A stretch of DNA of 63,036 nucleotides, counting the filler, from Reticulomyxa filosa (lineage: Eukaryota; Protista; Foraminifera): NCBI GenBank assembly GCA_000512085.1. It is 24 parts of 24 records of this genome, joined end to end, with 100 filler letters (N's around TTAATTAATTAA, not from the genome) between each part and the next. Parts side by side here need not be neighbours in the genome. Positions count along the whole stretch, not along the records: positions 1 to 3,296 come from ASPP01011134.1; positions 3,397 to 5,127 come from ASPP01027120.1; positions 5,228 to 10,687 come from ASPP01012007.1; positions 10,788 to 12,350 come from ASPP01003754.1; 20 more parts are not named here. One strand, written 5' to 3'. Below the pieces are notes generated by a model that saw only the letters and a list, made by a program, of their open reading frames with translations, did no database searches and had not been told where the DNA came from. Below are positions 1 to 11,170 of this stretch, one piece after another (position 1 is the first letter of the stretch; every line of letters starts with the position of its first letter). The position numbers and the translations under genes were made by a program.

Positions 1-2
1 AT

Positions 3-576
3 CAAAATCAAAATCAAAATCAAAATCAAGATAAAGATAATCTGCAAAGTGCAAAAGATGAACAACCAATTGTATCGCTATTGCATGAACAACTAACCGA
101 TGACGAAACCGACCATGTTTCACAACATATCACTGCCACTGATACCAATGCGGATTCAGATTCTGACACTACTCCAAACACGGACATCGCTGCCAACAAT
201 ACAGACGGTGCTGAAAAGGATGACACTTTGTCACTGCAATCGTTCCTCCCAAGTTCCAGTCAAACTAGTTCTTCCAATAGCACACCTTTGATGACGACTG
301 ACCTTGAGCAGCAAAAGAAAGTATGTGTTTGTATGTTGATTCAAACAATTTATTGGTTTTATCTCTTTTGATCTCTCCATTTACACAATAAAACCAAACC
401 AAGAAATACATAATTTCACATTTTGTTATGACTTGATTGATGATGTGATGTGAACAAAGGCTGCAACAAATGAAGACATACAAAAGGACACTGTCTTGGA
501 TACGCAAAGAATCGACAATGAGAATCAACATCTGACAAGCAGTTCAATTGAAGCCGAAAGCCACAACGACACGTGA
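3..576 (+). CDS. 3' end of a low-complexity (N/Q/D/T/S-rich) hypothetical protein, two exons (3-320, 460-576)
   Basis: Frame is open from the contig edge ((ATCAAA)n read as QNQNQ). A GTATGT donor at 321 and an AAAG acceptor at 459 rejoin in phase 0 to AATNEDIQ...SHNDT*. Confidence 0.55.
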
Positions 577-1352
577 TTCCAAAAATAAAAATAAAAATAA
601 AAAATAAAAAAAATTAAGAAATGCACAAAATATGAAACAATTATCTTGCTTTCTTTCATCCCTTTACTAATTTCCCGCGCAGCTGGTTGCCCCTTCTATT
701 CCTTTGTCTTTTGTTTGTATTTGATTTGTTTTTCATTTTTGATTTTGTTTTGTCTTTAAATTGGTAATGTCTTTTTGTTTGTTTTTTTTAAAGCTGTACA
801 TTTCCGTGTCTACAAAGTTTTTGTTTGATCGTTGCCATTTGTTATTCTTTTTTATTGTGAGTGTGTCGTGCGCATGATAATTTTTTTTTTGATATGACTA
901 CTGGCACGTGTCAAAAGGGAAAAGAAAAAAACGCAACAAAGTTTAAATGCGAATTTAACTTGTTTTTTTTGCACTAATGCCAACGTTTGTGCATGTTGGT
1001 AGCACGTCTGTGTTGTGGCTGCTTTTTTGTTTGTTTGCTTGCTTGTTTGTTTTTTATTATTGCTTTTTTTTTATTCCCGTTTGGAAGTGATTTTTCAAAC
1101 AGGTTGTTAGGTTTCGTGCAGCCTTTTTTTTTCCTCCATTTCCTTTGTCTTCAAACCGCATTGTTGTCTGCAATTAACATAAGCATATTGGGCAGAAGAC
1201 ACCAAGATAAAAAATTGTTATCTTTTTTTCCCTAATTCTAATCGATCATAGCAACGCAACAAGAGGCCAAAACGCCTTCCAAACTTCAACCTCCATTACG
1301 CAAAAAAAACCTATATCAGATAGATTGTAATATCTGATCAGACGGAAAAAAA

Positions 1353-2999
1353 ATGAGTCAGCAAAAAAAAAATGCGGCTCCAAAGACACCAACACGTAAA
1401 AACGAAACGGTACCTTCACCGTCGAAGAAAGGTGGAGCGACAACGCAAACAAAAAAAGGATCGAGTGAAAATCCCAACGAGGTGTTTCGAGGACACGTCC
1501 GTTTGAAAAGCCACAAAAATGTTTCGCGCGAACGAGTTCAAAACGCGATTCATAGTGATCGACGCTCGAACTCACTTGTTGCGGATCTACACGGACAAAC
1601 ACGAATACGAGAAAAAGCCCAACTCGCCACGCACCGAATACGAACTGAGTGAAAACATAACCGAACTGTGCAGGTTCGAAAAAGATAGAGAAAACTTTGG
1701 GATGAAAGTGAAGCTTAAAAAGCAAGGCGAACAATACATCGCCTTCAGTAACAATGAAGAACGAAGCAAAGCAGCTACAGTGTTATATCATTGTAATTCC
1801 AGCAACACTGTCAAGTCTTAAAACATACATATACATATATATACATATTTATAATGCACATTTGTTTTTTTGTGTTGTGATTAAACTCGGTCGATTTAAA
1901 AAAAAAAAAAAAAGGGAAAGTACGAGTACTCAAGCTCCACCACAACTCCCACAGTCGGAGACAAAGCCGGCACTAGTAAGGAGTCGCAGTGGTAATAAGC
2001 CAGCGAATGAGGCGGAGGAAGTCGATCAAGAAGAGCAACGAGCAATGACAGAAATGCTCGAGTCTTGGAAAAGTAAACCAAATGGTGGAAAGTTATTTGC
2101 TGACGTTGAGTGTATTTTTTTTTTTTTTCCCCTCTCTCCCCCCCTTTTTTTTTTTTTAAAAATAAAATAAAATAAAAATCCTATGTACTTATGTACAATG
2201 ATGATAACATGAAATAAAAGTTTGTGCGCCAAACGCATGTAGTGCAATTAGGGTACTTGCAAGAAATCTCTCGAATTTTATCGACGGTGTCGAAAGCGGA
2301 AGTGACGAAAAATGCAACCGCGTCTTCGCTGATCGAAGACTTTGTATCCTCCTCTGGGATCACACATTTGTGTACACTGGCGCTCACCAACACCGAGGAT
2401 CACCGATGGCTTGTCAGCATATTGGACATCATGACCGCCATTTTGGACTCACAAAGCGTTGATGGTGTTAACATTGGTTGTGGCATTCTCGTTGAGCATA
2501 GGTAATGATCACACGTACATACATACATACATATATATAAATATATATGTATGTATATCTTTATGACATATTGTAGAAATTGACAAGTTGCACCCCCTTT
2601 TTTTTTTTTAAATTAATTTATTTATTTAAACAAAAAAATAAAGAAATAAATAAATAAACAGCTATGCAGTACAGGCAATAACAGATATGTTTGAAAACCG
2701 CAATGTGGATGTGCGTGTGAAAGTAACGAAATTGCTGACTGCGCTGATGGTGTACAATGACGAAGGACTGTTGAAAGTGACCACCGCGCTGCGTACGTAT
2801 AGCGATGCGCACAACAACAGCAGCGTGTTTGAGGAGTTTGTCCGTGGAGTGTACTTTGAAACCGATTTGAACTTCCGCTGTGCCGCCTTGCAGTTGATCA
2901 ACGCCGCCTTGGGTTACATGCCAGAAATTGACGAACGTGTCATGGCAAGACATAATTTGAGCGAGTTGGGATTTGATAGTATTTTGCAAGTTTGGTTAT

Positions 3000-3036
<37 letters not shown>

Positions 3037-3259
3037 GTACACATATATATACATATATAATTTTTGTTGAATGAGCTTGTAATTCAATCATTCAATCTCC
3101 ACATTGAAACGTGGACATAAAATAATCAATGAAAGGAAATGATGAAAAAAGTGCATGAGATGGTAGTGAAATTGATCGATGAAGGACAAATCAGTGATGA
3201 GGAAAATTTGATAATGGGGACCAAAAAAAATAATAGAGATACTGGAAATGCCAATGGCA

Positions 3260-3296
<37 letters not shown>
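1353..3296 (+). CDS. Formin-like protein, N-terminal part: PH-like domain followed by GBD/FH3 armadillo region (3' truncated)
   Basis: PH-like segment VFRGHVRLKSH..FKTRFIVID..LLRIYTD..YIAFSNNEERSK. GBD-like IEDFVSSSGITHL..ILDIMTAILDS. FH3-like VTKLLTALMVY..LNFRCAALQLINAAL..DERVMARHNLSELGFDSIL. Phase-consistent introns at 1815-1914, 2105-2220, 2502-2661 and 2990-3135. One extra A in the run at ~1515-1519 shifts the frame. Confidence 0.75.
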
Positions 3297-3396
3297 NNNN
3301 NNNNNNNNNNNNNNNNNNNNNNNNNNNNNNNNNNNNNNNNTTAATTAATTAANNNNNNNNNNNNNNNNNNNNNNNNNNNNNNNNNNNNNNNNNNNN
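3297..3396. other. Artificial contig-joining spacer N44-TTAATTAATTAA-N44 (first of 23)
   Basis: Identical 100-bp spacers start at 3297, 5128, 10688, 12351, 14008, 17138, 19081, 21934, 24767, 26178, 28191, 31200, 32458, 34348, 38444, 42276, 43442, 45482, 53068, 57684, 59227, 60500 and 61840. The 12-mer puts a stop in all six frames. Confidence 0.99.
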
Positions 3397-3816
3397 CGTT
3401 GGTGTAAACGTGAAAAAATTGAAAAAGGAAAATATACCACATACAAACTGGTAATATGATGTGATTTGCATTGATGACCATGCCTTGGATCCTACCCACC
3501 AAAACAAGCAGCCAAATTACTTTAATATTTGTTCAAGATCATCCAGGACCAACTAAGACGGAAAAGGCAACTGTAATGGAGGATTTACCCCATCAATTCA
3601 TATCCAAACTGCTAAGGGTTCTTGTCAAATGTTGAAAATTAAATGAAAAATGGGAAAGCAACAAACAATGCAAATGAGGGCACCACTTTCATTGAGGCCA
3701 GTAACCAAGCTGAAGTCATATTTGCTCAAAAAATACCATTAATCGTGACTCATTGATTAGTACAAACCATTGGATATGTCTAAAAATAAAAAGAATGTTT
3801 TATATGATAATAAGAG

Positions 3817-4648
3817 CTTATATTGTATTGTTTTGTTATAATTGTTATTATAGGACGAATAGCTCAAATTCGTGATTATATTGAGAAAAGTTGTGTCAGT
3901 AGAATACAAGTTAGAGCAAAAATTGACACAAAAACTTTAAATGGATGGTTATTTTGTTTTAATAATTCAACTTGTTTTTTTTCTTATCGTGCAAATATCA
4001 AGTTTATGTAACACGATTTCAATTTGAGTTTGAAAAAAAATCATTTATCGAACACAAATGTAATTTCTTGCGAATAAAGAATTGTTGTTGAATTAAAAAA
4101 CATCTAGCCAAAAGCAGACCGTCCCAAACCTGCACAGTCTTTGTAACCTACCCCTTTGGGTACGTTCCTCTTCACCTGAGCTTTATGTGTGAGGACCTGT
4201 CTGTGCACTTTCAATTTTTTTGATCTACAAAATTTCATTATTTCTTTGTCATCATTGGTCATCCAAAATTTCATGCATCACTTTTTTTTCTTTTTTTTTT
4301 GAAAGAAAAGACAATAAATTCATTTACAATTTCCTTATTCTTAAAAATATATTTGTGTTGCGAGAGAAGTATCAGATGATTTTTTTCTAATTAAAAAGTG
4401 CTAGAAATATGGATATATCAATGTGGAAAAATACTAAAATGGAACTCAAGTTGAAATCGTGCTTATATGAACATATTGCACGACAAAAAAAAAATAAATG
4501 GAATTATTAAAACAAAATAATCATTCATTCAAAAGCTTTTGTGTCAATTCGTTGTTCTCACTTGTATTCTACTGACACAACTTTTCAATATGATCAACGA
4601 ATTCGAGCTATTCGTCCTATAATAATAATAATAACAATACAATATAAG
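3817..4648. repeat. Long imperfect inverted repeat (arms ~3817-4093 and ~4317-4648) around a ~220-bp spacer
   Basis: CTTATATTGTATTG..ATAGGACGAATAGCTC..AGTTGTGTCAGTAGAATACAAGT..GATTTCAATTTGAGTT is matched by its reverse complement at 4443-4648. Inner blocks 4033-4093 and 4317-4386 also match, past a ~55-bp indel. Confidence 0.85.
4111..4223. ncRNA. Candidate small structured RNA (three-way junction followed by a U-rich Sm-like tract)
   Basis: GC-rich island in AT-rich DNA. TGCACAG(4131-37)/CTGTGCA(4201-07) closes hairpins TACCC/GGGTA and TCCTC..CAC/GTG..GAGGA, followed by AATTTTTTTG. It matches no RNA family I recognise. Confidence 0.2.
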
Positions 4649-4865
4649 TTATTATTATTTGGCATTAATTTGTAAAAAATATACCTTGCAGAATAACTGA
4701 AACTGCAGTTAAGTATTGTTAAAATAATTACTTCAATTATTTCATAATTACGGTTCCAACAGTGGCAGTAATATCAAGTATAATGCCACCATCACAAGTA
4801 TTCATTATCTATATGATATTTTACAACAGGACAATCAACAACAAAAAATGATCATTTCATGCTGT

Positions 4866-5127
4866 AGCCAACACCTCTGCCAATTTCCAATCCACAATGT
4901 ATTGCTGTCGCTGTTGAAACACTCGTCGATTTTTCTCAGACAAGTCTTTTTTGTTTTGAATTTTCAGTTTCGCCAAAGACTTAGTTTGTCTTTGTTCTCA
5001 CATTTTGCGCCGTTTATTTCGTCGTTGTGCCTTTTTCTGCTTTTCCATCTCCTCTTTCGGATTGAGTATGTCCTTGTTTTCATTTCAGACTCTTTTGTAT
5101 CTGTTTTTTTCTTTTTCTGCAGCTTTC
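4866..5127 (-). pseudogene. Degenerate K/R/Q-rich coding fragment, paralogous to 32730-32920
   Basis: Co-linear nucleotide similarity with contig 14 (EMEKQKKAQRRNKRRKM*EQRQTKSL vs EMEKHKRAQQRNKQCKIREQRQTKSL), with an in-frame TGA. Confidence 0.6.
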
Positions 5128-5369
5128 NNNNNNNNNNNNNNNNNNNNNNNNNNNNNNNNNNNNNNNNNNNNTTAATTAATTAANNNNNNNNNNNNNNNNN
5201 NNNNNNNNNNNNNNNNNNNNNNNNNNNAAAAAAAAAAAAAAAAAAAATGGATCGATTAGTTTAGTTTAACAAAACAAACATTGAGTGAACATGGGTATAA
5301 ATATATCGCTTGAAATAACAAAACGAAGAAAAGAAATACACCAAAAAGCAACAACAAACGAACCACTCA

Positions 5370-6936
5370 ACTTTCCATCCCAGTCTGGGAGGCTGACATA
5401 AGTTACTGGCATCAAACAACCCTTTGGTGGTGTGAATATGACTCTCAGCGGCGTTTTTGTCCTCGTCATGATCCGCTGCCAATTGTGCTGTCGGGTTGGT
5501 CACTGGCTGGGTTTTATTTCGGCTCGGCTGGGTTTTCTTTGACGCCGTTTTACTAATTGACTCTTCCAACATCTCACTTACCTACATTGTAGAAAACAAG
5601 GGGATGCAAAAGAAGAAGTAGATGAAGAGAGAAAAAAATATATAAACATATACATATATACATATATACATATATACATATATACTTATATACATATATA
5701 TATATCTATCTATATATGTATATACACATATATATGTTTGTAGGTATGTGTGTGTAAACTGAATGTTCGCCGGTACTTTTCTGAAGAGACTGGGCATGAA
5801 ACAGTGAGGCCAAAAAATAGTGGAGTTCAAAGTAGTCATTTTGGGTGAGAAAAATATTCATGTCATTCAAACTGAGATGGATGTGTGTGGACTTGAGCTT
5901 GCCGGTGGGCTCTCTTTGCATAATAAATTTGATGATGAGCATCTGTCGCTCCAACAAGTGAATAATGCGGGATTTGTGATTGGGTGGGTCGTTTGCATGG
6001 CGACTGGGATTGGGAAACAATGAAATATTAACGGATTTGGAAGTCAATGTTTTGTACACACAAAAAGCAATGTCGCGATTCCCTTGTTCCTTTCGGATCT
6101 GTTGGATGTTGTGGTTGGACTCCCATTGCGAATTGGTTTGACACCAAACGCATTCCACCAATTCAAACTCAAAGATTTCCGGTTCGCCCCCGATTTTTTT
6201 TAAGTTCTCGCCGAGGAACCACTGCGAAGAGGAAAGCTTCTGTTGTTCTAATGTTTCCCCTGCTGGTAGTCCGCTCAGTCGCATTCGCAATCTTAGTTGT
6301 GCTATTTCGACCCGCACTCCGTCGATCACTTTTTGTAAAATCCCATATTCGCTAGTTTTTTTTTTTTCTTATTACATTTTTTTTTTTCTTCACCCCTTTT
6401 TTTTTTTTTTTTTCCCAACATCAACCTCCCCCCCCCCTTAAAAATACAAAAAAAAAAATCGCACTGCATAATACATAATTACGTTGCTTCTTCTTGTTGT
6501 GAGGGGCCTGATGCGAACGACAGGTCATTTATACTTGTCTCTGCACCACTTGGCTTGGGCTTGGAAAAATCTCTTTGGATACATTCCATTTCAATTTGCC
6601 CGATTTTTACCACTGTCGCATTCTTTTTAATTGCGACGTAATTGGGAAGCTGCACTGTTACATCGGACACTTTCAGTTTCGTCACTTCCAAAAATGGTAC
6701 ATACGACTCCATATATATGTTCACCACGTTCACATCGATCTCTGTTTGTCCCACACTACTTTTCTTCCAAAAATCCTTGCCTAGTTTAAACAAAGGCAAA
6801 AATGTATTTGTTTCTCACCAAAGTCTTTCAATTGCACACTGCCTTTGATCAATGAGACATCCAATTGCTTCTTGCTATAATTTTTGATCACTTTGGACAA
6901 AAAACCACTCAATTTTTCCACAACAATGTTTGACAT
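5370..6936 (-). CDS. BLTP3: BLTP3 (UHRF1BP1/SHIP164)-like bridge-like lipid-transfer protein, N-terminal Chorein_N region (3' truncated)
   Basis: ATG at 6936. Spliced (introns 6818-6742 and 6482-6352) it reads MSNIVVEKLSGFLSKVIKNYSKKQLDVSLIKGSVQLKDFEID...EYGILQKVIDGVRVEI...FEFEL..QTNSQWE...HIHLSLNDMNIFLTQND. This is co-linear with recalled UHRF1BP1L motifs (LSRFTKNLS..LKGEGELKNLEL; EYGFAEKVVEGISV; SFEL..VNAHWE; LVLILDDLLWVLTDSQ). Confidence 0.8.
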
Positions 6937-7204
6937 GGTTCAAATATAGGATTATTTGAAACTCTTAAAAAGGCCTAATTGAGCGCTATTCTTCTATTTT
7001 TCTTAATATTGTGTAAAATGCATGTTTGCTACATTACAATCTTATAGAAAAGCTTAATATATTTATATTTTACAAAATTTATTTATTTAAGTCAACAAGG
7101 ACAAATACATTAGATTTGCAACATCAAGTAACATTTGCACATTTTATTTAATTGATTATTTGAAGTGAAGTAATACACAAGCTTAAATCGAGCTGATGTA
7201 ACTG

Positions 7205-7360
7205 ATATTTTTTTGGGGTTGTTTATTTTTTTTACGTTCTTGTCAAAACGGTATCTTCTTTCTTGTTCAATATGAATAACCCTACTACAAATAAAACCTT
7301 CAATTGATACATCTACAACTTTTGCGAACAATTCTGTAACTCAGACTGAATCTATTCGTA
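7205..7360 (+). repeat. ~155-bp direct repeat, copy 1 (copy 2 at 8903-9059)
   Basis: Near-identical TTACGTTCTTGTCAAAAC..CAATATGAATAAC..CAATTGATACATCTACAACTTTTGCGAACAATTCTGTAA..CAGACTGAATCTATTCGTA in both copies. Confidence 0.92.
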
Positions 7361-8545
7361 TTTCGGTGGAAATCGTAGATGACGAAAAAGTTGGGTCAAT
7401 TGTTATTACATATTGGCTCCGGATACTAAACATTTGCTTTGGATGGGATGTTTTATTTTTTTTTTTAATTAAAAAACAATATACATACATATGTATAAAT
7501 ATATAAAGACAATAAATTATTATTTTCGGGACTTTACGGCATATCTTTAAAAGAATTGACATAAATCATGATTTGATCTCAAGTATAGATTATTTAAAAT
7601 TGAATAATCGTCAATTAATTTGCTCTGGATCATATGACAAAACTGTCAAAGTATTTGATTTAAAAGCAAATAAAAAAATTAGATCGTTCAATGGACATTT
7701 AGCTTTGTGAAATTTTCACAATATCATTATCATAATGACAACAGTAATATCATTTGTTCTTCAGCAGCTGATAATACAGTTTATTTTTGGGATTTTGAAA
7801 ATGATACATTATTAAAAAAAATGAGTTCATCATCACCATTTTATGATATTATATTTTCATCATTTAGTGGTGGTAGATATTCATTTTTTGGATCATTTAA
7901 CAAAAAGATTAATTTAGCAGATATGGACACATTTAAACTCATTTACATTTTTAAGGGACACGAAGGGCGTGTCTTATGTTTAGATATTTTACCATTACAA
8001 AATAATAATTATAATGATGAACATAATATTATTGGTGTGATTGGTGGTAATGGATATACTTTTTGTTCTGGTTCAGATGATAAAACAATTCGCATATGGG
8101 ATATTGAAAAAGCCAGTCAATTGAGCGTATTAGAAGATTCATCACCAATATTTAGTGTAAAATATGGATCAAGCAAGTTTAACATAGTTGGTGGTGCAAA
8201 TACGATATTATCTGGATCAAGTAATAAAAAAGTTTGCCTATGGGATATTCGATCAGGTAAATTAATTGAAGAATTTAATGGACATGAAGATTCTGTCAAC
8301 TGTGTGGATTATTCATCATTTGTAGTAAATAACTTGGAAGTTGGCGATTCAAATGTGATATGTCCTGGATCATGTGATAGCACAATCCGCTTTTGGGATA
8401 TTCGATCAAAAAAAGGTGAATTAGCAATATTAAAAAGTGTTGATAGAAGCGAAGTTTTTTCTTGAAGTTTATTGAAAATTATATGTTATGCTATGGTGCA
8501 AGGAGTGGTAAATTATTTGTAGATGATTTTTTTAGAAAAAAATAA
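7272..8545 (+). pseudogene. WD40-repeat gene of the expanded Reticulomyxa-type family, frameshifted
   Basis: WD repeats CSGSYDKTVKVFD, SAADNTVYFWD, GHEGRV..CSGSDDKTIRIWD, SGSSNKKVCLWD and GHEDSV..DSTIRFWD, with family N-terminus YWLRILNI.FGW. Frameshifts near 7700 and 8461 (the C-terminal LCYG motif is out of frame). Confidence 0.85.
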
Positions 8546-8902
8546 TTGCATCAGTGTCCAGAGACAACTTATTCAGAAGTACGTATTTTCAAAAAATTAT
8601 CTTTGAGAAACGCTTTCGAGCTTATTGTTGCTACCAAGATCGGTTGAACATGTGTTGAAACCTGTAGATTACGAAAGGTTTCGACTAGATTTTGCTGTTG
8701 TTGAAATCTTCTCTTTCTTATCCAATTGATATCGTTTATATTGATTTTTTTTTTTCAAGAAACTTTTCCAAGTAAAAAATTTGCATTCACCTCAATCAAC
8801 TACTTTAACGAAAATAAAAAAAAATTTTTTTATGTCACAATTTAAGAACTTTTGCCAAAATGATCGCATTTCCAAATTTGTCACGAAGGAAGGTTCTCAA
8901 CA

Positions 8903-9059
8903 ATATTTTTTTGGAGTTGTTTATTTTTTTTTACGTTCTTGTCAAAACAGTATCTTCTTTCTTGTTCAATATGAATAACTATCCTACAAATAAAACCTTC
9001 AATTGATACATCTACAACTTTTGCGAACAATTCTGTAATTCAGACTGAATCTATTCGTA
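8903..9059 (+). repeat. ~155-bp direct repeat, copy 2 (copy 1 at 7205-7360)
   Basis: See copy 1. The two copies differ by only a few substitutions or indels. Confidence 0.92.
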
Positions 9060-10509
9060 ATTTGTGAATATATATTTTTTGATCCCAATATTTGGATGTG
9101 TTATGTCCATCGATTGTTCCAATAACCATTCTAATGAATTTCTAAGATGCTAAAGGGCCAAATGATACCAAAGCATTCAATCTCTTGTAATGTTGCAGTC
9201 ATCTTTGGGGGACTTGTGGAAGCGTCATTGTTGGCACAGTACACAAACAATTTGTCAAAAGCAATTTACACAAAGCAAAATAAAAAAACCGCTCTTCTTT
9301 CTGCTTATCAGTTGGCTTTTTGTCTTTGCTACAAGACAACACAAGATATATATTATTCCAAACTACAAATTGTTTATTTATTTTCTTTTTGTACAATAAA
9401 GGTTGGGATGAATTCTTTGTCAAGCTCTCGCAATCACAAATGGAGAATGAATTGATGGCACTTTGTCGTGAGATCTGTTTGTTCTGATTTTCTTTGTCAT
9501 ACAAACAAAACAAAATGAAACAAAACAAAAATAAATAAATTTACATGTGTTATTCATTTGTTGATAATATATAGACTGTACACACTTAAAAATGATATGA
9601 TTGATGATTTATCATTGTTGACATTGATTCACAGTTGGACACATAACTACATATACATTATATCGGATGAATGGATAAATAATATCATTGTTGAATTTAT
9701 CAATGGAAGAACTTCGAGTCTATGTAATGAGTATTCAAAGTCTACAACACATAATGGAAAAGAAATTGACAAAAGCATTGCTCACATTGCCGGCAATCGA
9801 ATACATTGAGATGGACATTGGGGAAAGGATGTCGATGTAAAATAGCCACAATTACAGTCTCAAACACAAGCACAAAATGCGCATGGATCTGATGAATTGA
9901 AAAAAATAAACATAAAAATGGGAATTTTTAGTTTCAAATAGACATATAAAGTTTGATGTTTGTATTTGCAATTGTGGATCCGTATCATTTGGAGCACTTC
10001 CACGATGCAATTATCATTGCAGACCGTTGGATCGCATCTCAATTATCCATTTGTTATTTTTGGTTTCTGACATTTGGAATTTCAAAGCATTGTCTCTGTA
10101 TCATTTGCACTTAAGGCAAAAACCAAAGACAATGCCTTTATCAAATCGCATGCTCATGACCTATTCAAAAGCGATATCAAATTATGGAACAATCCCAGAG
10201 CCATGTTCAGGTCAGAGACCTTTTGAGATCTTTAAAAAGAAATTTGCTTTCCTTCTCGATATTCAAATTATATTGCACTAGTCAGTTGTTTCTATCTTTT
10301 TTTCTTTTTTTGAAAGTGTGTTTGTGTAACAACTATCTCTTGCACTTTCGCTTTTAACAGTTTTGTAGCAAAAAAGATTTAAATGAAGAAATGCTGCTTG
10401 AAGAAAAATTGCAATGATGTTTAACTTGAAGAGTTTTTGTTTTTACGCATTTGGTATATAATGGAATAATAAAAAATTATACTTTTTTTTTATCAACAAA
10501 ACTTAATTA

Positions 10510-10650
10510 ATTATTTTTTAAAAAAAGTCGTCCATAAATAATTTACCACTCCTTGCACCATAACATAACGCATACCTTTCTATAAATTTCAAAGAAAAAA
10601 CTTCACTTCTATCAATACCTTTCAATTATCAAAATTTAAATAATCAATTC
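10510..10650 (-). pseudogene. Inverted, internally deleted fragment of a WD40 paralog
   Basis: The reverse complement reads IDYLNFDN joined to LKGIDRSEVFSLKFIERYALCYGARSGKLFMDDFF*, matching ~7587-7610 and ~8428-8545 of the neighbouring WD40 pseudogene. Confidence 0.75.
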
Positions 10651-10859
10651 ATAATCATGCATATCGATTTTTTCGAAGATATGTTGTNNNNNNNNNNNNN
10701 NNNNNNNNNNNNNNNNNNNNNNNNNNNNNNNTTAATTAATTAANNNNNNNNNNNNNNNNNNNNNNNNNNNNNNNNNNNNNNNNNNNNTTTCAAGCAACAT
10801 AATCACATACATAAACATAAATAACCAATATACGTATACAGATACTGTGTTGCTATTAG

Positions 10860-11170
10860 TTATTGAATATGTACATATGTATAAAAAAAAATGTATATAA
10901 AAAACTTTTTTAAGCAATGGATCCAAACACAATTACAACGACAGGTAACATGAACTTGGAACAGGTACACATAAATGACCAACTGGAAAATGAGATGAGG
11001 GAACTCGACTGCTGATATAAAATGTTGTTCATGTATCCACCCAGCAGGGTCCAGTACCATCAACACATCCACAATTCTTTCTTGAGTCGCTAAATAATGG
11101 AGCGACTTTTAAATGATCGATTCAATTATTGACTGACACGATGTTGTTACTTTTTGTAACAAATGCGCAA
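10860..11170 (+). repeat. Degenerate dispersed repeat/pseudogene family, also at ~48620-49200
   Basis: Shared blocks AACTTTTT.AAGCAATGGA.CCAA..AATTACA.CG.CAG.TAACA, CTCGA.TGC.GA.ATAAA.T.TTG..CA.G.ATCCAC.CA.CAGGG.CCAG and CGATGTTGTTA.TTTTTGTAA. Confidence 0.7.

Noticed and set aside
904-910. CACGTG E-box/G-box as a promoter element (also ~46549, ~46788, ~55256)
   Set aside because: A 6-mer with inconsistent spacing to start codons. It cannot be distinguished from chance.
1512-1522. Programmed +1 frameshifting (also near 21545, 30240 and 60845)
   Set aside because: Each break sits in a short homopolymer run with no shared stimulatory signal. Homopolymer sequencing error is the simpler explanation.
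2997-3060. Y/I/H-rich ORF tails from (AT)n/(ATAC)n tracts (also 5640-5740, 28050-28160, 61340-61385)
   Set aside because: These are intronic microsatellites read through by the ORF caller.
4131-4207. Hammerhead ribozyme or tRNA on the minus strand
   Set aside because: The core reads GUGAAGA/CAAA rather than CUGANGA/GAAA, stem I cannot form, and there is no T-loop or cloverleaf.
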